Virus record (IMG/VR): IMGVR_UViG_3300017934_000005
Span: 32,676-96,675 of that record
Reading direction: 5' to 3' (one strand)
DNA from: a virus
DNA length: 64,000 nt
The notes under the pieces were generated by a model that searched no databases, was not told the origin of the DNA, and saw only the letters and a list, made by a program, of their open reading frames with translations. The translations under genes and the position numbers were made by a program. This document shows positions 42,054 through 51,923 of this stretch, one piece after another (the stretch's first letter is position 1; every line of letters begins with the position of its first letter).

Positions 42054-42653
42054 TTAGAACGTGGCATTGGTGGACTGAGCAGCAGGCGGTGCAGGAGGGG
42101 TGTACGATCCCGCAACGCTTGCTGCCGGTTGGACAGGCTGAGCCTGCGGTGCCGGGGTTCCGGCTGTTGCTTGCAACCGAGCCGCAGCCGCTAGATTATC
42201 TCCCGGAACAAACGGCTTCTTGTCCTTGGCTCGAACGAAATCGGTTGGAATTTTCGGCACTACGGCTCCGGGAGGAAGGGCGTTGATACCCTTGATATTG
42301 GAGAATTCCTTACCCTGTTCGTTCTTTTCCCTCATGATAAACAACTGGCTCGCCTTACCGATCAGAAGCTGAGCTAGTGCCTCAGTATTTTGAACGATAG
42401 GGGGGTTGGTACCTAGAATGGCGCGGACTGCTTTGAACAGGTCGGCCTTCTCATGCATTGTTCCGTTTTTCGTCAGGACAGCATGATACGGCTTGCCCTG
42501 AGAATTGTTCTTGTCCAGAATCCAGACGATTCTTACCCGGTTTTTCTCGCCAAACTTGGTCTTGACACCATACAAATCGACCACATCAGCAATCACTCCG
42601 ATGAAAATCCCGGAATCTGGCTGTTCATATGTCGAATTTTGACCTAACTCCAT
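42054..42653 (-). CDS. Putative ssDNA-binding protein
   Basis: OB-like beta-rich N-terminus, Pro/Ala-rich tail ending in F; next to primase. Confidence 0.55.
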   Translation of the reverse strand: MELGQNSTYEQPDSGIFIGVIADVVDLYGVKTKFGEKNRVRIVWILDKNNSQGKPYHAVLTKNGTMHEKADLFKAVRAILGTNPPIVQNTEALAQLLIGKASQLFIMREKNEQGKEFSNIKGINALPPGAVVPKIPTDFVRAKDKKPFVPGDNLAAAARLQATAGTPAPQAQPVQPAASVAGSYTPPAPPAAQSTNATF

Positions 42654-42668
42654 TGCTTTTCTCCTAAT

Positions 42669-43187
42669 CTATCCACAGTTGATCCATGGATAAGTCTGTT
42701 CTAGTACTGGTCTGTTAAGATAAGCTTTTAGAAAATCTGGCAACAGATCAACATCGCCGCGCTTTTCAAATAAGCCTAAAACAACATTACATCTGTGGCA
42801 TAACAAACCGCGAATACACTTCCCGCAAGACCGATATCCTTGACAACAAGCGTGGTCATGATCTATTCGAGGAATATTAAAGGAATCTCCAGAGCCTCTG
42901 TCAGAAAAAATCAAACCACAGGGACACCGTCCGTGTTGCCTAATTAGAAACTCATCAAATTGACGCTGCGAAATATGATATGTCCACTCTAAAGTGTATT
43001 CAGGTTTCGCAAGTCTCCGTAACCGCGCTTTTTCTCTTGTTTTTTCTCGATGGCCTTCATTCCACTTCCGATTTCTTATGCGATCACACTCTAAACACGA
43101 ACGCTTATTCCGCAGCAGCCCAGTCCAGTGAACATTCTCACCACTTAACGCATGTCCTCGTTTACAGTGTTCTCTTAATTTCCCCAT
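42669..43187 (-). CDS. Endonuclease VII-like HNH homing endonuclease
   Basis: HCKRGH Zn finger; IDHDHACC...IRGLLCHRCN. Confidence 0.85.
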   Translation of the reverse strand: MGKLREHCKRGHALSGENVHWTGLLRNKRSCLECDRIRNRKWNEGHREKTREKARLRRLAKPEYTLEWTYHISQRQFDEFLIRQHGRCPCGLIFSDRGSGDSFNIPRIDHDHACCQGYRSCGKCIRGLLCHRCNVVLGLFEKRGDVDLLPDFLKAYLNRPVLEQTYPWINCG

Positions 43188-43918
43188 ACTTGATCTAGTG
43201 ATAAATCCTTGCGAACGCTAATCTCAAAAGGGGCCGAGTTTCTAAGATTTTCTACATCGATTTCCTTGACTGCTTTCCACCACAATTTCAAATCACTATT
43301 CCACCAAAACTTGAGTTTTTTGGCATCGTTGTTATTACCACGTCCTTGATGACTCTGAAGGATGACAAACGGGGATCGGGCTCTTGCCAGGATCGGCTCT
43401 ATGTTACCATCCTGCGGCGTGTGTTCTTCGATCAAAAGCAAAGCACTGAGGGCATCCGTAAAAGCAGAATGCGGAAATGGATTTAAGACCATGTGGTCCG
43501 CAAGCATATATTGAAGCTTCTTGCCTTCGATGCCAGGGATATCCCAGAGAGTGTCAATAATCACTTTTTCTTTCAGAGTAGGAGCAAAGTGATTTTTGCG
43601 AGCCATCCAATTGTCCAGGACCAACTTATCAAAACGAATTATGTTCTGACCTAGGAGTCCATCGGCTTGATTCGCCATTCCAAGCAGAGTTGCGAGGGCA
43701 TCGTGTTCCTCAAATCCAAATCGATCCACTGCGGCCTGAGTAAGTCCTGTAATCCTTGTGATTTCCTCAGTAACCGGTGCATCTGATTTAACCAGACAAT
43801 CTATGGCAGCTAAAACACGATGCTGAGCCGTGGACCAGAGTACGGCTCCGGCTTCTATGACACGATCATTGGCTGGGTCTAAGCCAGTGGTCTCAAAATC
43901 TAGCGATAATAGGATCAT
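43175..43918 (-). CDS. DnaQ-like DEDDh 3'-5' exonuclease
   Basis: DFETTG, N..FD, IDT, HSAFTD. Confidence 0.9.
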   Translation of the reverse strand: MILLSLDFETTGLDPANDRVIEAGAVLWSTAQHRVLAAIDCLVKSDAPVTEEITRITGLTQAAVDRFGFEEHDALATLLGMANQADGLLGQNIIRFDKLVLDNWMARKNHFAPTLKEKVIIDTLWDIPGIEGKKLQYMLADHMVLNPFPHSAFTDALSALLLIEEHTPQDGNIEPILARARSPFVILQSHQGRGNNNDAKKLKFWWNSDLKLWWKAVKEIDVENLRNSAPFEISVRKDLSLDQVWGN

Positions 43919-44311
43919 GACGGTTTGTGTTCAACGGTCTCAAGCGAACCTTGGCCGGTTAAGGGGATGCCGGGTTCTTCAACCCGAGGAAGTTCTGTCA
44001 TGGGTTTAATAACAGTTTCTATATACCGAATGTTATCCATCGGGGCAAAGTATCGAAGTGATGGGTCCAAAAGTTGCTCCGGCGTCAAAACCTTCTTGGT
44101 AACATCAGGTTTAAAGACCAGCATACCGCGTTGAAACCCAATGTTGATAAGGCGCGTGTTGACATCGTTTATGAGACTGGCCTTATTCGGGCAATGGTAT
44201 ATGTTGCCTTCCACAACCACAGCAGGAGAGCCAGGAAAAAGTGCCGGCTCCTTTACATAGCCGATAAATTCAACCCAAGCATCGAACGCAGGCGGGTCTT
44301 TCTTGATGTTT

Positions 44312-44596
44312 TCAGGAACTGGAACGCTCACTCTTGGTGTCCTTTCCGAGAATATCATCTTCCTTGAGTATCAGATACTTCTCGCCGTCGAGTTCAATCT
44401 CGGTGCCGCTATACTTGCCGAAATAGATATGATCACCAACTTCAACACCAAGGTTTCGACGGCCTACGGCCAGGACTTCGGCTTCCATCGGCCGTTCTTT
44501 AGCCGTGTCAGGGATGAAAAGGTTTCCCTTCGTGACTTCCCGGTCGGGAAGGACTCGAATGAGAGCGCGATCACCAAGTGGTTTAAAATTTAGCAT
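44312..44596 (-). CDS. groES: Co-chaperonin GroES
   Basis: FKPLGDR...IPDTAKERP...VLAVG...KYSGTEIELDGEKYLILKEDDILG. Confidence 0.95.
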   Translation of the reverse strand: MLNFKPLGDRALIRVLPDREVTKGNLFIPDTAKERPMEAEVLAVGRRNLGVEVGDHIYFGKYSGTEIELDGEKYLILKEDDILGKDTKSERSSS

Positions 44597-44987
44597 TAGG
44601 ATACGGCCGGCTGAATGTTAACCGGTTTCCCCTCCCGCAGCGCAGTTTCAGCAGTACGTGCAGCTTCTGCAGCTTGAGCAGCGGCTCGAACAGCAGCGAG
44701 TTGATCGCCACTAGGCATCTGGATGAGTTTTTTCTCTTCGTAGTTGTGCTTCTGAGTCTTGATTCCTTCAACTTCACAGACATCAGAACAGTATGTGAAA
44801 GACTTGTCAGGAGCCTGAGGATGTTCCTTGAACAGAGCGCCGACAATACGCACATTTTTGAGCCAGGGATTTGCTTTGATGGTTTCCTCGGCTTGAGACT
44901 GTGCGAATGTCACTAACTTGTCACAGCCAGGAGCATCGCATTTGATGGTTTGAACTAGTGTGTTAACTATTGACATTCATTTCTCCT

Positions 44988-45458
44988 TTATTTCTTCAGC
45001 GGATCGCAATTCGGACTCTCATTGCGTAGCCGTCCTGTTTCTGAATTTGGGATTAAACAACCTTCTGCAGTGGTAACTTCATTAAACTTCTTCAATCCAC
45101 CACCTAGGATTGGAAACTCGCTGGAAGAATGTCCTGCTAGACGCTCTAGATCAGATGGACGCCCATGAACCATCAAGAGACGAACTAACAAACCAATCAC
45201 CTTGATGATTCGAACACGAACCGATCCACCATCCGGCGTAAAATTCGTGAATGCAAGACGGGCTTCGTCCAAATATTTATCAGCAAATGTAACGAAATCC
45301 ATCTGTGAATACGGCTGACCGACCAGTGGCGCTAGAGGGTTCACATCCTCATTGGCAACACCTTCTACCAAAGAGATTTTACGGCTACCTTTAGCCCAGC
45401 CTTTTGCATATTCAGACTCCTTCCTGATCAAATCAAAAACTTGTTCTTGCGTTAACAT
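44988..45458 (-). CDS. All-alpha NTP-PPase-like hypothetical protein
   Basis: QVFDLIRKESEY...IIKVIGL pattern shared with 48061..48327. Confidence 0.4.
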   Translation of the reverse strand: MLTQEQVFDLIRKESEYAKGWAKGSRKISLVEGVANEDVNPLAPLVGQPYSQMDFVTFADKYLDEARLAFTNFTPDGGSVRVRIIKVIGLLVRLLMVHGRPSDLERLAGHSSSEFPILGGGLKKFNEVTTAEGCLIPNSETGRLRNESPNCDPLKK

Positions 45459-45715
45459 TAGTAAACATCTCCATTCTGTTTTATTTTTTCGTCTTCGTAT
45501 GGGGCGACCACACGACGATAGAATTCTTGTTTTGCACCTTCAAAGACACCCAAGATGCCGTTCAATCTAGCATAATTTTTCACATCTTTGTTCAGATAGC
45601 TCATAACGATGGTGGTTAAAACGTAGTTTAGTTCTCCTACGTCTTGGATTCTTTCACCTAGAATATCAGCTTCGGCGAGAAATTCTTGTCTAATTGCCGG
45701 TTTGATATATGGCAT
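45458..45715 (-). CDS. Conserved small phage protein (MPYIK...GELNY...YEDEKI..NGDVY type)
   Basis: Recognisable motif family in phage nucleotide-metabolism clusters. Confidence 0.7.
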   Translation of the reverse strand: MPYIKPAIRQEFLAEADILGERIQDVGELNYVLTTIVMSYLNKDVKNYARLNGILGVFEGAKQEFYRRVVAPYEDEKIKQNGDVY

Positions 45716-46164
45716 TACTTGTGCCCCTTTCGTTTTGAAGTCTTCTGGAGTCCGATCAAATAATTCTTGAGTTCGTCTAGATGACGAAGGTGAGTCATCT
45801 CGGGTAGATAATCAAAGATGGGCTGTGGACCGCCTACGATCACGATACGTTTTCCTTTCGCATAAGCAAGCCCCTGCTCAAACATTCGGGACCCGGTCGC
45901 AAGCTTGGCCGGTACGGTTGCACCACTCAGGTCATCACTGAACCGGACTAACATATCGGCTCTTAGGACATCATCCACGTCCTCCTGAGCCCGGCGACGG
46001 CGAAAACGATTGCCTCGAACTATCTTTGAGCCTAGAACCGTGGGTTCTTTTAACCACCGACTGGTAATTTCCAAGTTCGGAAGTTTCCTCAACTCATTAG
46101 CAACCTCTGCAATTTCATCTCTCCTAGACCAAGCTGCAGCTAGATAAATCTTAAGTAATTTCAC
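45715..46164 (-). CDS. Nucleoside deoxyribosyltransferase-like protein
   Basis: KIYLAA...TSRW...EDVDDV..AD...FEQGLAYAKGK..VIVG. Confidence 0.7.
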   Translation of the reverse strand: MKLLKIYLAAAWSRRDEIAEVANELRKLPNLEITSRWLKEPTVLGSKIVRGNRFRRRRAQEDVDDVLRADMLVRFSDDLSGATVPAKLATGSRMFEQGLAYAKGKRIVIVGGPQPIFDYLPEMTHLRHLDELKNYLIGLQKTSKRKGHK

Positions 46165-46342
46165 GGATTCGTTTCCTTTATTCTGAATATGTGTTGGAGT
46201 GGAAACTTATAAACGATATCAGTATCAGTTGAAACGAACTTATTCATCATCACACAATATAGATCACCTTTTTGATATGCATTGCGAACATCCAATATTC
46301 TTATTGGTTCTGATTGTGTGTAGAGATGGACTTCGATAGTCA

Positions 46343-46741
46343 TTAGAATGCTCGATTGTGCTTGTATGGTCTTTTACTGTTGTAAACCGTCTTTGCCATT
46401 ATCGCTTCAGGAATATTCCACCCCTTGTTTCGAGCTATGTTCATGAGACGAATAACGGCATCTGCAATCTCTTCCTCGGCATGACTAAACTCTGGAATTT
46501 TCTGACTCGGCGGATTGCCGTCTCGCATAGCTTCCAAAGTTTCACTCAACTCCCCGTGAGTCAGGGCAATCTTCTCACCAAAATTCTGATCCGGTTCCTC
46601 GAAGCCGTGAGCCTGATTAACTTGCCAAGTTGCTTCCTCGAAAAGGTGCCAAAGAGCAGCAAACTTATCAGCCTCATTTTGCACAGTTCGAACTAAGTGA
46701 TCTTGGAGTTCTTTATTTTTGAGTTCCGGTATTTCCGACAT
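46343..46741 (-). CDS. MazG-like NTP pyrophosphohydrolase
   Basis: IALTHGELSETLEAMR...EEEIADAVIR...K..YN..RPYKH; probable start MSEIP. Confidence 0.8.
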   Translation of the reverse strand: MSEIPELKNKELQDHLVRTVQNEADKFAALWHLFEEATWQVNQAHGFEEPDQNFGEKIALTHGELSETLEAMRDGNPPSQKIPEFSHAEEEIADAVIRLMNIARNKGWNIPEAIMAKTVYNSKRPYKHNRAF

Positions 46742-47186
46742 TGTCGAATTGCTCCTGTGATATTCCGAAGAAATCTCGAAGTCTGGTATATTCGTATTCG
46801 GCCAAGGGTTCGGCCGGTGCATCCTTGATCTGATCCCACATATCCGACAACTGAGCCGGCCTCGTGCCAATCCTAGACAGCCAGGATGTAAAGACATAGC
46901 CGACCATATTCCAGATCACTTGGCTCGCGTGGGGTTCATCACGTAGGCCAGCCTTGAGCTTGGCTAGATGACGTTCGGCGCTATCCAGATAATTACTTAG
47001 AGGCATTCCGTGTTCCCAGTTTCGAGCCGCGTACTTGACTGCGCCGTCCTCGTAGATACACGAGACCAACCACATCACCCAGTTCGGGAACAGAGAAGGC
47101 TTGCCTTTCCCACGTTGCCTATCCCGTTGGGCACCGGTTTGAAACGTTGTCCGTTCTCCGCTATCCTTAAATTCAGTCACCTTCAA
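46713..47186 (-). CDS. dATP/dGTP diphosphohydrolase-domain protein
   Basis: FQTGAQRD...GK...GAVKYAARNWEHG...SAERHL...DEPH. Confidence 0.8.
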   Translation of the reverse strand: MKVTEFKDSGERTTFQTGAQRDRQRGKGKPSLFPNWVMWLVSCIYEDGAVKYAARNWEHGMPLSNYLDSAERHLAKLKAGLRDEPHASQVIWNMVGYVFTSWLSRIGTRPAQLSDMWDQIKDAPAEPLAEYEYTRLRDFFGISQEQFDNVGNTGTQK

Positions 47187-47370
47187 TCTCCTCTTTAGTC
47201 AAGGGACGAATCTCTTGAATGTAGTAAAACAGGCGGGGATCATTGCTGTCGTCTTCAGACAGATAAACTTTATCGCCTACGATTCGAACGATTTTCTGGT
47301 ACTGAGATTGAGATTCCATAATCTCTTCAGAATTAATGTCCAAAGCAACTACTTGCCCTTTCTTGAACAC
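47173..47370 (-). CDS. Small KOW/SH3-like protein (paralog of cassette cargo)
   Basis: FKKGQVV...IRPLTKEEI. Confidence 0.55.
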   Translation of the reverse strand: MFKKGQVVALDINSEEIMESQSQYQKIVRIVGDKVYLSEDDSNDPRLFYYIQEIRPLTKEEIEGD

Positions 47371-48060
47371 TAGTCCTCCCGAAGATAGGTCAGAATTACG
47401 ACCTGCTCGTTCTCACCGAAGTCTGGGCCATATGCTTTTCGCATCGAATCCAGAAGTCCTAAGTATTGACGAGAACGAATCTCATGCTCATGCTCTAAAT
47501 ATCGTGCCGGCACATCCTTAAAGAGACCAGACCAAATATCCGTAACCAGGCCGTGCCCTTCAATTTTGTGCGTCGGAACCCCGATTAGAAACGGGACCGG
47601 CCCTTCTTCCGTACATGCAATTCGGTTACAGACGCAAAGTTCTATAGTCAAACCGAACGCATCAGCCCATTTGTTTCCCTTTCGTACTGTGGAGCCGTGT
47701 TCCCCGACAGCACAGTCGAGGCTGTGAAGCATGTGAAGTGTTCTCATTTTTATCTCCGCGCACTCCCCAGTCTGAGGATCGTAATCACATTCTCGACCGG
47801 GATGCGCTGCTTTACATCGTCCACAGAACTGAGTTGCCATTACCCATTCACTTTCAGCCACTGACGTTTATTGTTCCAAATATTTCTAGCTGTTCGCGGA
47901 TGGACTAAAGCAGCATATCCGCAAAGCTGATCTATTGAGCTTATGATGGCCGCTTGTTTTCGAACCCCAGATCGTATGAAACCCTGAACGGACAATAAGA
48001 ACTGAACGATTCGACACGTTGGGATTTGATTACCTTTGGTATCCAAAAAACGCTGTTTTT

Positions 48061-48327
48061 TCATTTTCTATCTCGTATCCCGCTATAGATCATTCCACGA
48101 ATGAAGATCGCTGCTAACTTACGGAGGAAAGGAAGCGCGGCTTCGTTTCCTTTGTTATCAGACCAGGCGTCCTCCAAGCGTCGTAGGTAAACTCGGCCAA
48201 GTGTTGCGAACCCTTCGGGACCTTTCGCTTCACTCTCCTCCGTGCGTCGAGGCAAGTTGTTTTGATATTCTATTTCTGACCAAACTGCCTCGACAGCTAT
48301 ATCAAAAACAGCTCTGCTAACAATCAT
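48061..48327 (-). CDS. All-alpha NTP-PPase-like hypothetical protein
   Basis: AVWSEIEYQ...LRKLAAI. Confidence 0.4.
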   Translation of the reverse strand: MIVSRAVFDIAVEAVWSEIEYQNNLPRRTEESEAKGPEGFATLGRVYLRRLEDAWSDNKGNEAALPFLRKLAAIFIRGMIYSGIRDRK

Positions 48328-49070
48328 TTATCCACCTTGACTGCAGAGCCCTCGAACCAACCACCGCAGTGTTGGCACTGGAATCTTTGCTTCTTTCTCA
48401 AGAGCGTGAAGGCCCATCCACGTCTTTGAACCTTGTCTGATCCGCACTTAGGGCAGTTATAAAGCTCGCCCTGATTTACGTTCGGATGATTCTTCATCCA
48501 AGGCCGCATCATGAAGTAGACTCGTTCGAGCAAAATTATGTCTCGTCCGTTATACCGCTTCATTTTCTTCCAGGCTTTGGGATCGCCTTGCATACAGGCT
48601 TGCCACAAATGAAAGCCTGTATGAGCCAGTTTCCGGCCGATTCCGAGGCAACGACCTACTTCATCAAGCTTGTTGGAATCAAACTTGAAGACTTTGCGAG
48701 CTATCTGAAGCGTATCAACCGTCTTATAAGGCGACGGCGGCTTCAAGCCGTGGATCAAAAATCTTGTGTTGATCTTGGGTACATCGAATCGATCACCGTT
48801 GTGGGCCACAACGATATCGGCTTCGTCAAGAACTTTCCAGAGTTCCTGAATTAACTGTTTGTCATTCTCCTTGGCATTTTCGTAACCAGGGTAATCAGCA
48901 AGACAATAGGTTCTGACTTTCTGTCCTGGTTCCTTGACTGCGAAACTAAGTACGTACCAATCTGCTTTGAAATCGATTACATCCTGTTGCCATTTACCCC
49001 ATACCCATCCGAGGCTCGGTGCTGTCTCAATGTCCACGAAGACAAGTCTAGCAGGCGTGCTCTTAACCAT
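48324..49070 (-). CDS. RNase H-fold 3'-5' exonuclease with C-terminal Zn ribbon
   Basis: DIETAP, AHNGDRFD, SNKLD, YNGRD, CPKC...CQHC. Confidence 0.85.
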   Translation of the reverse strand: MVKSTPARLVFVDIETAPSLGWVWGKWQQDVIDFKADWYVLSFAVKEPGQKVRTYCLADYPGYENAKENDKQLIQELWKVLDEADIVVAHNGDRFDVPKINTRFLIHGLKPPSPYKTVDTLQIARKVFKFDSNKLDEVGRCLGIGRKLAHTGFHLWQACMQGDPKAWKKMKRYNGRDIILLERVYFMMRPWMKNHPNVNQGELYNCPKCGSDKVQRRGWAFTLLRKKQRFQCQHCGGWFEGSAVKVDK

Positions 49071-49098
49071 AGAACTCCAGAGAAACTTTGTTGGATGT

Positions 49099-49785
49099 TT
49101 AAAACGACAGGTTGTGAATTCTGCCGAGAGTGAACCCTGTCACAACTCCGGCAATGAACCACTTGAATTTGCTCTTGCGAGCCTGAGCTTTCACCGTAAC
49201 TATTTCTTGATTTGCTGCATCCAACTTAGCCTGGATCGCATTCACATCACTCTTGTGAGATTGTTTCTCAGAATCAAGAGCTTTTGCATCGTTAGCGATT
49301 ATTACGGTATCGTTGGCAATGACGGTCTGATCGGCAGCTAGTTCCTGCCTGAGGATAGCCGGCTCTTCAAGTGCTTGAGCCACGGAAACGGCTTCGGATT
49401 GGTCCATCTGATAAGCACTTCCGACCACAGTAACGGAACCGCCAGGGGCCAGAGTTTGAATACGCGAGGCAAGATCATTCGGAGCAAGGGTAGCATCTTT
49501 TTTCTTATTTGCTTGAAGCTGCGAAATAAGGCTGGAGACTAAAACTGTTTGCTGTTGATTCGCGGTCTGCAACTGAGTATTTTGTATAGCCAGTTGAGCC
49601 ATTTGATCCGTTATCTGTTTCTGAAACTGGGCGTTTGAAGAATCTTTTTGATCCGCCAGAGTCTTTAAGTCTTCATACCTCTGCTCTGCTCGGCTGGCTA
49701 TCCGAGACTCAATCGCGTAAGTGAGGCCCAAGGCGAGAAAAATAGTTGCAATGTAGAGCGTGATATGATGGCGATCCAAAGTCAT
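49099..49785 (-). CDS. Membrane-anchored coiled-coil protein (spanin-like)
   Basis: N-terminal TM, long Gln/Ala coiled coil, C-terminal hydrophobic segment. Confidence 0.5.
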   Translation of the reverse strand: MTLDRHHITLYIATIFLALGLTYAIESRIASRAEQRYEDLKTLADQKDSSNAQFQKQITDQMAQLAIQNTQLQTANQQQTVLVSSLISQLQANKKKDATLAPNDLASRIQTLAPGGSVTVVGSAYQMDQSEAVSVAQALEEPAILRQELAADQTVIANDTVIIANDAKALDSEKQSHKSDVNAIQAKLDAANQEIVTVKAQARKSKFKWFIAGVVTGFTLGRIHNLSF

Positions 49786-50183
49786 TGTTCTTCTCTCTTA
49801 ATATAGGTTCTAATAGGAACGCGATTTTTCTGCGCTTTTAATAACTTCTTTCGGGCCTTCCGCTGCACCTTGGTTCCTACTCGGTGTGGTAGACCATAGT
49901 GAGGATGTCCCAGGGCTTGAGTCGCGGGAGGATTCTTAGCATATCTGAGGATATTCTCCAAACGTTCTATTGTGACCCAGTCCGGGATAAGTTTATTACA
50001 ACGGAAACACAGTAGACCACGGACGAGACCTGTCTTATGGTCATGATCAGTGAGAGTACAATGATCAGGAAGGGGTTCTCCACAACCGGGGCAGAGACCA
50101 TTCTGAAATCTGTAGATTAGTATCCACTCGTCTTGCGTCAGGAGGAACGTGAGACGTAGATAATTCGCGTTCGGAACCTTCAT
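49782..50183 (-). CDS. Endonuclease VII-like protein
   Basis: FQNGLCPGC...DHDHKTGLVRGLLCFRCN. Confidence 0.85.
   Translation of the reverse strand: MKVPNANYLRLTFLLTQDEWILIYRFQNGLCPGCGEPLPDHCTLTDHDHKTGLVRGLLCFRCNKLIPDWVTIERLENILRYAKNPPATQALGHPHYGLPHRVGTKVQRKARKKLLKAQKNRVPIRTYIKREEQ
49799..49825 (-). promoter_or_regulatory. Phage-specific promoter-like motif, copy 2
   Basis: ATCGCGTTCCTATTAGAACCTATATTA, 13 nt before spanin-like ATG. Confidence 0.65.
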
Positions 50184-50184
50184 C

Positions 50185-50211
50185 TAATCTAGGTTCCGAT
50201 AGGAACGCGAT
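50185..50211 (-). promoter_or_regulatory. Phage-specific promoter-like motif, copy 3
   Basis: ATCGCGTTCCTATCGGAACCTAGATTA, 1 nt before EndoVII ATG. Confidence 0.65.
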
Positions 50212-50373
50212 TTATTTCATGTAGATTTTACGCAGTGGGTAGAACTTACTCATCCCATGGTTCTAGCTTGGGAACAAAGACCGGAATCGGCATATTTCTG
50301 AGCCGGCGAAACCAAGATTTCGCCAGGTGATAGATTGGAGGCCGAGGCCGGTAATACCAACGAAAGAGACGAA

Positions 50374-51060
50374 TCATTCCTCGTCTTTCTCCTTGTCGTA
50401 AACCGTACCGTGATGATCAGGATCGTTATCAGGCACAAAGACCGGTGTGATGTCATGCTTCTCCGCGTCTTGGACGGCCTCAGAACCATGTTCGCTCTCA
50501 TTGAATATCTTCTCGATGCGCTCGGGAATCCAAGCATAGAAGATGCCAGGAAACGAAGCGATGAGTCCACCTTTGAGTTTGGGATTGAGTTCTACATCCT
50601 CCGGCATCACGGGGCGCTCGATGGTCTTGCGATGGGCCAGGAACACTGGGGTCCCGATCTTAAAGCCTCGCGGGATAGCCTTGATGCGACGGCTGAGGCC
50701 CATTGCCAAGCCTTCCCGGAGAAACTTGGCCGGTGACGGGTAAAAACTACCCCCAATCCAGAGCAAGCCAGCCTTTTCAAACTTGCCGGGAGTAGTACAG
50801 AGCCAACAACCTTCTTTACACTCACAAAGTTTGCTTTCTGTAAACATGCCGTCAAAATGTGACTTTAAATGCAGACCTTGGAACAAGAGACCGGGCTTGA
50901 TCCAGGTCCAACCCAGTGCCGGCTTAATGCCTGCGCTGCAGCAAGGACAGATTTCAAGCTCAAAGGGGAGACGGTCGCATGGCACTCCGATACCGCCGCC
51001 AACAAGATACGTTCCCCCAGCTTTCCGATATCCACAACCACGTCTGGCTTCGACGGCCAC
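50374..51060 (-). CDS. Cys-rich conserved hypothetical phage protein
   Basis: RRGCGYRK.GG.YL, CPCC; GGAGG RBS. Confidence 0.55.
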   Translation of the reverse strand: MAVEARRGCGYRKAGGTYLVGGGIGVPCDRLPFELEICPCCSAGIKPALGWTWIKPGLLFQGLHLKSHFDGMFTESKLCECKEGCWLCTTPGKFEKAGLLWIGGSFYPSPAKFLREGLAMGLSRRIKAIPRGFKIGTPVFLAHRKTIERPVMPEDVELNPKLKGGLIASFPGIFYAWIPERIEKIFNESEHGSEAVQDAEKHDITPVFVPDNDPDHHGTVYDKEKDEE

Positions 51061-51069
51061 GATTCCTCC

Positions 51070-51312
51070 TTAATAGAGACGAATCGAATCAACTTGGTCC
51101 TTAGCATCTTTGAGACTCGCACCGGTCATCTGACGGAACAGTTTAATGGCTTCGATCTTCCGGCCTTGCTGGACGAGACTGCGGATGTTATCAAATGTTG
51201 CGGGTGGTTCTGTCGTGGTCTGAGATGCCGCTCTCATAGTTGTAGAATAAACATCGACAAACTTCTCTACAGCCGCGACGAATCGATCTTCGGTGAACTG
51301 ATTTCGAAACAA
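51070..51312 (-). CDS. Ribosomal protein bL12 C-terminal-domain-like protein
   Basis: GRKIEAIKLFRQMTGASLKDAKDQVD. Confidence 0.7.
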   Translation of the reverse strand: MFRNQFTEDRFVAAVEKFVDVYSTTMRAASQTTTEPPATFDNIRSLVQQGRKIEAIKLFRQMTGASLKDAKDQVDSIRLY

Positions 51313-51703
51313 GGTAGCCTCCTATTTTGGTATGTACATCTCTCGTGCCGTGACAACTCGATCCCGGCCGATCACTTTCCGAAACCTCACTTTCCGAACA
51401 ATGCAATCCTTGAAAAAGGCCGGGTTACGACGAAATTCATCGCAAGCCAGAGTCTTTGTAGACCAAGCGTGGAATTCCCCAGATGTATCGGGGTCCTCCA
51501 CAGGAGACTCGGCCCTGTGCCATTTGCCGATAGCGTAGCCGTCTTTCCCTCGCCCATGCCAGTCATACGGCGAAGTTAATAAAAGATCGACTCCAAATCC
51601 GGGCTGGAGGCGGAAGATTTTCCAAACCGCGATCACTGTGGTTCGCTTTCCCTCATATCCTTTGGCAACTTCACACATGATCTATTTTCTCCTCAACGAG
51701 GAT

Positions 51704-51733
51704 ATGGTGACATGCCACATGTGTGGCTGTCAA
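51704..51733 (-). promoter_or_regulatory. Sigma70-type promoter (weak -10)
   Basis: TTGACA-18 bp-CACCAT with TG extension; upstream of GAGGAG RBS and ORF 51678. Confidence 0.5.
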
Positions 51734-51785
51734 GCATTATTTTCGGGAATTATAGAGTTAACTCCCTCACTTTTTGTGGCGTCTC

Positions 51786-51923
51786 TCACCCGGATTCCCG
51801 TAGCCTCTTCAATTCTTTGCGTTTATTTTGTCGTACTCTACGCTTCGCCGCCTTCGTTTTCGGCTTCGGGTGATAAGACAAAACTACATCTGTAATTCGG
51901 TCGAGTTCGGGCGGTACTTTCAC
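51786..51923 (-). CDS. 45-aa basic peptide translationally coupled to transposase (not in ORF track)
   Basis: GTG overlaps the transposase TGA; MKVPPELDRITDVVLSYHPKPKTKAAKRR... Confidence 0.55.
   Translation of the reverse strand: MKVPPELDRITDVVLSYHPKPKTKAAKRRVRQNKRKELKRLRESG

Noticed and set aside
44988-48327. Z-base (2-aminoadenine) genome call
   Set aside because: A dATP/dGTP diphosphohydrolase-type gene is present, but no PurZ-like synthetase is in the window, so the call is not supportable.
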